From assembly GCA_041619515.1 (NCBI GenBank), contig JBFKDW010000019.1:1-41479 (forward strand): a stretch of 41,479 bases of DNA. The letters are read 5' to 3'. Below the pieces are notes generated by a model. It did no database searches, was not told the DNA's origin, and saw only the letters and a program-made list of their open reading frames with translations. The DNA comes from Acidimicrobiia bacterium (lineage in GTDB: Bacteria; Actinomycetota; Acidimicrobiia; Spongiisociales; SHLN01). Position 1 is the stretch's first letter, and the number at the start of each line of letters is the position of its first letter. Made by a program: the position numbers and the translations under genes. Below are positions 36,811 through 41,479 of this stretch, in pieces.

Positions 36811-38229
36811 TCATCGGTCGACATCCCCCAGCACGGGATCGATGCTGGCGATGATGGCGATCGAGTCGGCGATCAGCTGGTCGCCCATCATGGTCGGCAG
36901 CGCCTGAATGGCAGCGAAGCTCGGGGTGCGGCAGTGAAGGCGCCACGGCTTGGCTTCACCGACCGAGACCACGTAGTGGCCGAGCTCCCCTCGCGGCCCT
37001 TCGATGGCCTGGTAGTGCTCGCCGGCCGGCACCTTGAAGCCCTCGGTGAAGATCTTGAAATGATGGATGAGCGCTTCCATCGATTCGTCGATGCGCTTGC
37101 GGGGCGGAGGCGTCACTTTGAGGTCCTCAGTGCGGTAGTCACCCGCCGGCATCGATTCGGCGACCTGGGCGGCGATGCGGAGGGACTGCCGCATTTCTTC
37201 CATGCGGACCAGGTAGCGGTCGTAGACGTCCCCGTGCTCGCCGAGTGGCACATCGAAGTCGTACTGCTCGATGCCGCTGTACGGCTGCGCCTTGCGGAGG
37301 TCCCAATCGACACCGGCCGCCCGCAGGGGGGGCCCGGTGATCCCGTAGGCAAAGCACTCCTCGGGTGTGATGACGCCGACCCCCTGGGTGCGGCCCAGGA
37401 AGATGGGGTTGTTGGTGAGAAGGTCGTGATAGTCGTCGAGGCCCTCCGGGATGCGCTCGAGGATCCCGGCCACATCATCCTCCCAGCCGTCGGGGAGGTC
37501 GGCGGCCACCCCGCCCGGCCGGATGTAGTTGTGGTTCATGCGCAGGCCGGTCGTCTTCTCGAAAAAGGCGAGCAGCAGCTCGCGTTCACGGATGCCGTAG
37601 ATCATCATCGACACCGCCCCCAGGTCCATCCCCTGGGTGGCCACCCAGGTCAGGTGGCTGGAGACGCGGTTTAGCTCGGTCATGAGCACTCGAATCGCCT
37701 GGGCCCTCGGCGGCAGGTCGATACCGAGCAGCGCCTCGGTCGCCAGAGAGAAGCACAGCTCATTGTGGAAGGGGGCCAGGTAGTCCATACGGGTGACGTT
37801 GGTCGGTCCCTGCAGGAACGTCAGGGTTTCGCCGGTCTTCTCCATCCCGGTGTGGAGGTACCCGATGATCGGCTTGACCCGGCGGACGATCTCGCCTTCG
37901 AGCTCCAGTTGCAGCCGCAGCACCCCGTGAGTGGAGGGGTGCTGGGGCCCCATATTGAGGATGGTGACCTCCTCCTCGGGGAGCTCCTCGTCGTAGAGCC
38001 GATCGTCGCTCACCAGGGTCCCGCCCTCCTCGGCGACTTCGACGACCGAAGCCTGGTCGCGCGGAAGCATCATCTGGGCCCCTTCGGCCGTGGAGGCTCT
38101 CACCCAGGCCGGCTCCTCGGTTCCCGCCGCCCAGATCTCGTGCAGCTGCCTGCGCTCATGCTCGGTGGCAGGCGGTGGCGCGTCCGCTCCGACGTCGACG
38201 TTCTCCTCGGTGGTCGTGTCTTCGCTCAT
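36811..38229 (-). CDS. nuoD: NADH-quinone oxidoreductase subunit D (operon 1) with a long acidic N-terminal extension
   Basis: NMGPQHPSTHGVLRL, GYLHTGMEK, RMDYL, MEALIHHFK and GDVDR. Confidence 0.96.
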   Translation of the reverse strand: MSEDTTTEENVDVGADAPPPATEHERRQLHEIWAAGTEEPAWVRASTAEGAQMMLPRDQASVVEVAEEGGTLVSDDRLYDEELPEEEVTILNMGPQHPSTHGVLRLQLELEGEIVRRVKPIIGYLHTGMEKTGETLTFLQGPTNVTRMDYLAPFHNELCFSLATEALLGIDLPPRAQAIRVLMTELNRVSSHLTWVATQGMDLGAVSMMIYGIRERELLLAFFEKTTGLRMNHNYIRPGGVAADLPDGWEDDVAGILERIPEGLDDYHDLLTNNPIFLGRTQGVGVITPEECFAYGITGPPLRAAGVDWDLRKAQPYSGIEQYDFDVPLGEHGDVYDRYLVRMEEMRQSLRIAAQVAESMPAGDYRTEDLKVTPPPRKRIDESMEALIHHFKIFTEGFKVPAGEHYQAIEGPRGELGHYVVSVGEAKPWRLHCRTPSFAAIQALPTMMGDQLIADSIAIIASIDPVLGDVDR

Positions 38230-38756
38230 CACTGGACCTTGTGGGTGTCGCGGAACTGAATCGGCACCGAGCCGACCGGAGTGTCCTTCCTCAGTGGGTG
38301 CCCGTCCCAATCGTCCGGCATCATGATGCGGGTGAGGTCCGGGTGCCCGGTGAAGTCGATGCCGAACAGGTCGTAGACCTCCCGCTCGTAGAAGTTGGCA
38401 CCCGGATACACCGAGGTGATGGAGGGTGCCGACGGTACATCACCGTCGACGCCGACCAGGATCCGCAGCCGCAGGTTGTGGGTGAGGGACAGGAGCCCGA
38501 TCACTACGTCGTAGCGGGGCCCGGGCCGCCGGCGGTAATAATCGACGGCCGTGACATCGATGAACATCTCGAATCCAGCGTCCCGTGCCGCCTGCACGAA
38601 CTCGACGAGACGGGACCCGTCGACCTGGAACACGTTCTGGCCGGTGGCCGAATACTCGACGACCGCGTCGGGGAAGGCCTCAGCCAGGGCTGCGAGCGGT
38701 GGCGCCGACAGCACGCCGGCCTTTGCTTCTTCCGGGACGGGTGATTCGTCGGTCAT
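38229..38756 (-). CDS. nuoC: NADH-quinone oxidoreductase subunit C (operon 1)
   Basis: [39 protein letters not shown]. Confidence 0.95.
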   Translation of the reverse strand: MTDESPVPEEAKAGVLSAPPLAALAEAFPDAVVEYSATGQNVFQVDGSRLVEFVQAARDAGFEMFIDVTAVDYYRRRPGPRYDVVIGLLSLTHNLRLRILVGVDGDVPSAPSITSVYPGANFYEREVYDLFGIDFTGHPDLTRIMMPDDWDGHPLRKDTPVGSVPIQFRDTHKVQ

Positions 38757-39217
38757 ACTCGGACGAACTCGCCGGTCTTGATGCCCTCGTGGAGGGTCAG
38801 GATGGCATGCATCAACGATTGTGGCCCGGGGGGACATCCGGGAACGTACACGTCGACCGGCACAACCTGGTCAACGCCCTGCACCAGGGCATAGTTGTTG
38901 AACATGCCTCCTGTCGAGGCGCAGGCGCCCATCGAGATGACCCACTTCGGCTCCGGCATCTGGTCATAGACCTGGCGAAGGACGGGAGCCATCTTCTGAG
39001 ACACCCGGCCGGCCACGATCATCAGGTCGGCCTGACGCGGCGAGGCCCTGAAAACTTCCATCCCGAACCGAGCCAGGTCGTTGTGGGCGGCGCCGGTGTG
39101 CATCATCTCGATGGCGCAGCAGGCCAGGCCGAAGGTGGCCCCCCACGAAGACTGGTAGCGGGCCCAGTTGGCAATTGAGTTGATGGTGGTGGTGAGAAAG
39201 CCGGGCGGCTCGGGCAT
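38753..39217 (-). CDS. nuoB: NADH-quinone oxidoreductase subunit B (operon 1)
   Basis: [28 protein letters not shown] and PGCPP. Confidence 0.96.
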   Translation of the reverse strand: MPEPPGFLTTTINSIANWARYQSSWGATFGLACCAIEMMHTGAAHNDLARFGMEVFRASPRQADLMIVAGRVSQKMAPVLRQVYDQMPEPKWVISMGACASTGGMFNNYALVQGVDQVVPVDVYVPGCPPGPQSLMHAILTLHEGIKTGEFVRV

Positions 39218-39621
39218 CAGGCGGCCTCCTCGACATCCCGCACATAGCGCTCTCTGAGGGGCGGGTTCCAGTCGAGTGCGCCTCGTTTCCACACATAGAT
39301 CAGCGTCTCGATAGCGAGCCCGACGAACACGGCAATGGTGCCGACGCCCACCCAGCCGAGCTCGGAGAAACGGGTCGCCCACGCGAAGAGAAAGATGATC
39401 TCGATGTCGAAGATGACAAACAGCATGGCCACCAGGTAGAACTTGACCGGGAAGCGCTCGACCGGCTCGACCTCGGGAACGATGCCGGATTCGTATGGAG
39501 CCAGCTTCTCGGGGGTGGGCCGGCTGGGGGAAACCAGGCCCGATACGAACAGCGAAACGACCGCGAACCCGACGCCGAGTATGACCATGACGACGATGGG
39601 CAGATAGTCGAACAGCTCCAC
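39217..39621 (-). CDS. nuoA: NADH-quinone oxidoreductase subunit A (operon 1)
   Basis: PYESGI...[34 protein letters not shown]. Confidence 0.95.
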   Translation of the reverse strand: MELFDYLPIVVMVILGVGFAVVSLFVSGLVSPSRPTPEKLAPYESGIVPEVEPVERFPVKFYLVAMLFVIFDIEIIFLFAWATRFSELGWVGVGTIAVFVGLAIETLIYVWKRGALDWNPPLRERYVRDVEEAA

Positions 39622-39642
39622 GCGGCGGGGCCTCCCTTTCCA

Positions 39643-39678
39643 GCGTGGAGGTTAGGAAGCGGCGGCGCCGTTGCCCAA
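39643..39678 (-). promoter_or_regulatory. Putative sigma-A promoter TTGGGC-N18-TAACCT plus CCACGC for nuo operon 1
   Basis: Minus strand reads TTGGGCAACGGCGCCGCCGCTTCCTAACCTCCACGC, upstream of the nuoA1 RBS. Confidence 0.5.
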
Positions 39679-39708
39679 GTCTCTCGTCCGGCTCAGACCA
39701 CGTCGTTC

Positions 39709-41478
39709 TTAGCAGATGCCGATGCCCGGCGACGCGCCGAAGGAGAGGATGAAGTCCCACAGGTTGTCGTCCAGATCGGTACACCCGCCATGGCCACGGC
39801 TGAAGCTGATGTCGTCGCCGCCGATGCCCACGTAGGCCGGGAGTGGCGAGCCTTCGCCGGTGCCAGAGCCCCAGGCGACGGCGTCGATCACGGAGGCACC
39901 GTTTCGAAGCTCCACTGCATCGCTGGTGCCGAGATGCGGTGAGATCACGACGCCGTTGTAGGCGTCATCCTTGAAGCCGGTGTATCCGATCGGTGCACCT
40001 GCCACATAGCGCTGGCCCGGCGTGAGGATCGTGCCGGCCTGGTAGGTGTGCAGAGTTCCGACACCGGGAACCTCCAGCGTCCATCCGCTGATGTCGATGA
40101 TCCCGCCGGTGGGATTGAACACCTCTACGAACTCATCGGCGGCCCCACCCGGACCGGCAGGACGCAGTTCACTGATGATCGGACCGCCGGCGACCGGGGG
40201 CGTCGCGCACGGCGTGAGAGGTGAGCCCATGTTCTGGAGGGTGCTCTTGCCGTAGTTGTGAACGAAGTCGGCGAGGTTGTCATCGGTGTCGACACAGTTG
40301 CCGTAGGCATCTCCGTACAACCGCTCCCAGCTGGCATCGATGGCGTTGGGACCGCTCCAGCTTGGAAGCGGGCTTCCCTCACCGATGGTGGGGCCGACCC
40401 CGTAGTGGAGGGCATCAACCTGCGCTCCAGTTCCGGTGAGCAGTTGCACGTCACCGAAGCCGGTTCCGTAGAACAACCCGCTCCACGTGTCGTCGGCGAG
40501 GCCGGCCAGCGGGGAGAGCGGGTTCATCACCAGGTAGTGCTGGCCGGGCAGGAGGGTGACCGGCGGGAAGACATAGAAGTCGATGTCGACTCCGCTGGTG
40601 ACGTGCATCTTCCATCCCGTCAGATCCTGGCCGACCGAACCGGCATTGAAAATCTCGACGAACTCGTCGTCGGCACCGCTCGGACCGCGCGGCCGGAACT
40701 CCGATATGACGATGTCGGGGGTGCCGACGGTGATGTCGAAGCTCTGTGGAGGCGAGGTGTCGTCGCCGCCGTTGGCGGTCCCGCCGTCGTCCTGCGCCTC
40801 CAGGGTGATGGTGGCGGTGCCCGACTGGCCGGGAGCCACCGTGAAGACCAGAGTGCCCGTCGACGCCACCAGCGGAGGAGCTGAGAACAAGGCTGGGTTG
40901 GTGTTGGCGGTGGTATTGAAGGAGACAGATTGGCCTGCCTCATTGGCAGGACCGGGGCTGATGGCCGTGGCCCATCCGACGATCGAGTGGGCGCCTGAGT
41001 TCATGGCGACCGCCTGATCGGCCCCCTTGGTGAACGACGGGGCGTCGTTGACGGGGTCGGCCGTGATCGTGAACGGCCGGGTCGGTGAGGTGTCCTCACC
41101 GCCGTTGGCGGTGCCACCGTCGTCGACCAACCTGAAGCCCACGTTGGCCACGCCGTGGGCGTTTGACGCAAGCGCGAACGCCAGGTTTCCGGTTGCCGGG
41201 TCGATGCTGGGACCGGTGGAGAACAATCCGGTGTTGTCGTTGCCGATGATCTCGAACGTGAGCGTTTGGGCCGGAGGCTCTTCGTCGGCGGCTCCGGCTG
41301 TGATGTCGGTGGCCCAGCCCACGAACGTTATCGGGCCGGAGTCCTCCAACACCGAAACATCCGCACCCGCCGTGAACGAGGGCGCATCATTGACCGCCGT
41401 CACCGTGATCGTCACCGTGGCAGGTGCCGAAGTGTCATCGCCACCATTGGCCGTCCCACCATCATCGGACAACTCCAC
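39709..41478 (-). CDS. 3' part of a large extracellular protein: cadherin/Ig-like repeats followed by two lamin-tail domains (5' truncated)
   Basis: Repeated VNDAPSF...DDGGTANGG(D/E)DTS units, and two domains beginning [21 protein letters not shown] and [21 protein letters not shown]. The ORF is open at the window edge. Confidence 0.85.
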   Translation of the reverse strand: MELSDDGGTANGGDDTSAPATVTITVTAVNDAPSFTAGADVSVLEDSGPITFVGWATDITAGAADEEPPAQTLTFEIIGNDNTGLFSTGPSIDPATGNLAFALASNAHGVANVGFRLVDDGGTANGGEDTSPTRPFTITADPVNDAPSFTKGADQAVAMNSGAHSIVGWATAISPGPANEAGQSVSFNTTANTNPALFSAPPLVASTGTLVFTVAPGQSGTATITLEAQDDGGTANGGDDTSPPQSFDITVGTPDIVISEFRPRGPSGADDEFVEIFNAGSVGQDLTGWKMHVTSGVDIDFYVFPPVTLLPGQHYLVMNPLSPLAGLADDTWSGLFYGTGFGDVQLLTGTGAQVDALHYGVGPTIGEGSPLPSWSGPNAIDASWERLYGDAYGNCVDTDDNLADFVHNYGKSTLQNMGSPLTPCATPPVAGGPIISELRPAGPGGAADEFVEVFNPTGGIIDISGWTLEVPGVGTLHTYQAGTILTPGQRYVAGAPIGYTGFKDDAYNGVVISPHLGTSDAVELRNGASVIDAVAWGSGTGEGSPLPAYVGIGGDDISFSRGHGGCTDLDDNLWDFILSFGASPGIGIC

Positions 41479-41479
41479 G

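Noticed and set aside
39622..39708. Rex operator upstream of nuoA1
   Set aside because: No TTGTGAA-N4-TTCACAA-like palindrome is present.

Overview
High-GC actinobacterial DNA; gene content and style suggest Acidimicrobiia, which is inference. From left to right: (i) a partial ~117-bp direct repeat; (ii) a compact general-stress cluster at 213-6474 with an RsbW-type kinase fused to a MetOD1/V4R-like domain, a PAS-GAF-PP2C phosphatase, a STAS anti-anti-sigma, two degenerate anti-sigma proteins, a SigB/SigF-type sigma factor and three small genes preceded by SigB-like promoters; (iii) tRNA-Tyr(GTA), htpX with five 11-bp repeats in its promoter, and two lipoproteins; (iv) a MidA/NDUFAF7 methyltransferase at the end of an 11-gene complex I-like operon (nuoABCD-HIJKLMN, no nuoEFG); (v) three intervening genes (ATP-grasp-like, phosphodiesterase, bactofilin-like membrane protein); (vi) a complete 14-gene nuoA-N operon; (vii) the 3' part of a large Ig-repeat/lamin-tail surface protein. 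The most notable points are these. The two adjacent complex I operons have NuoD subunits that differ at the NDUFAF7 target Arg (HRG vs HTG) and at the quinone-site Tyr (W vs Y). The stress cluster is a partner-switching system whose only intact kinase is the MetOD1 fusion. All family calls come from motif recognition by eye; no searches were run.
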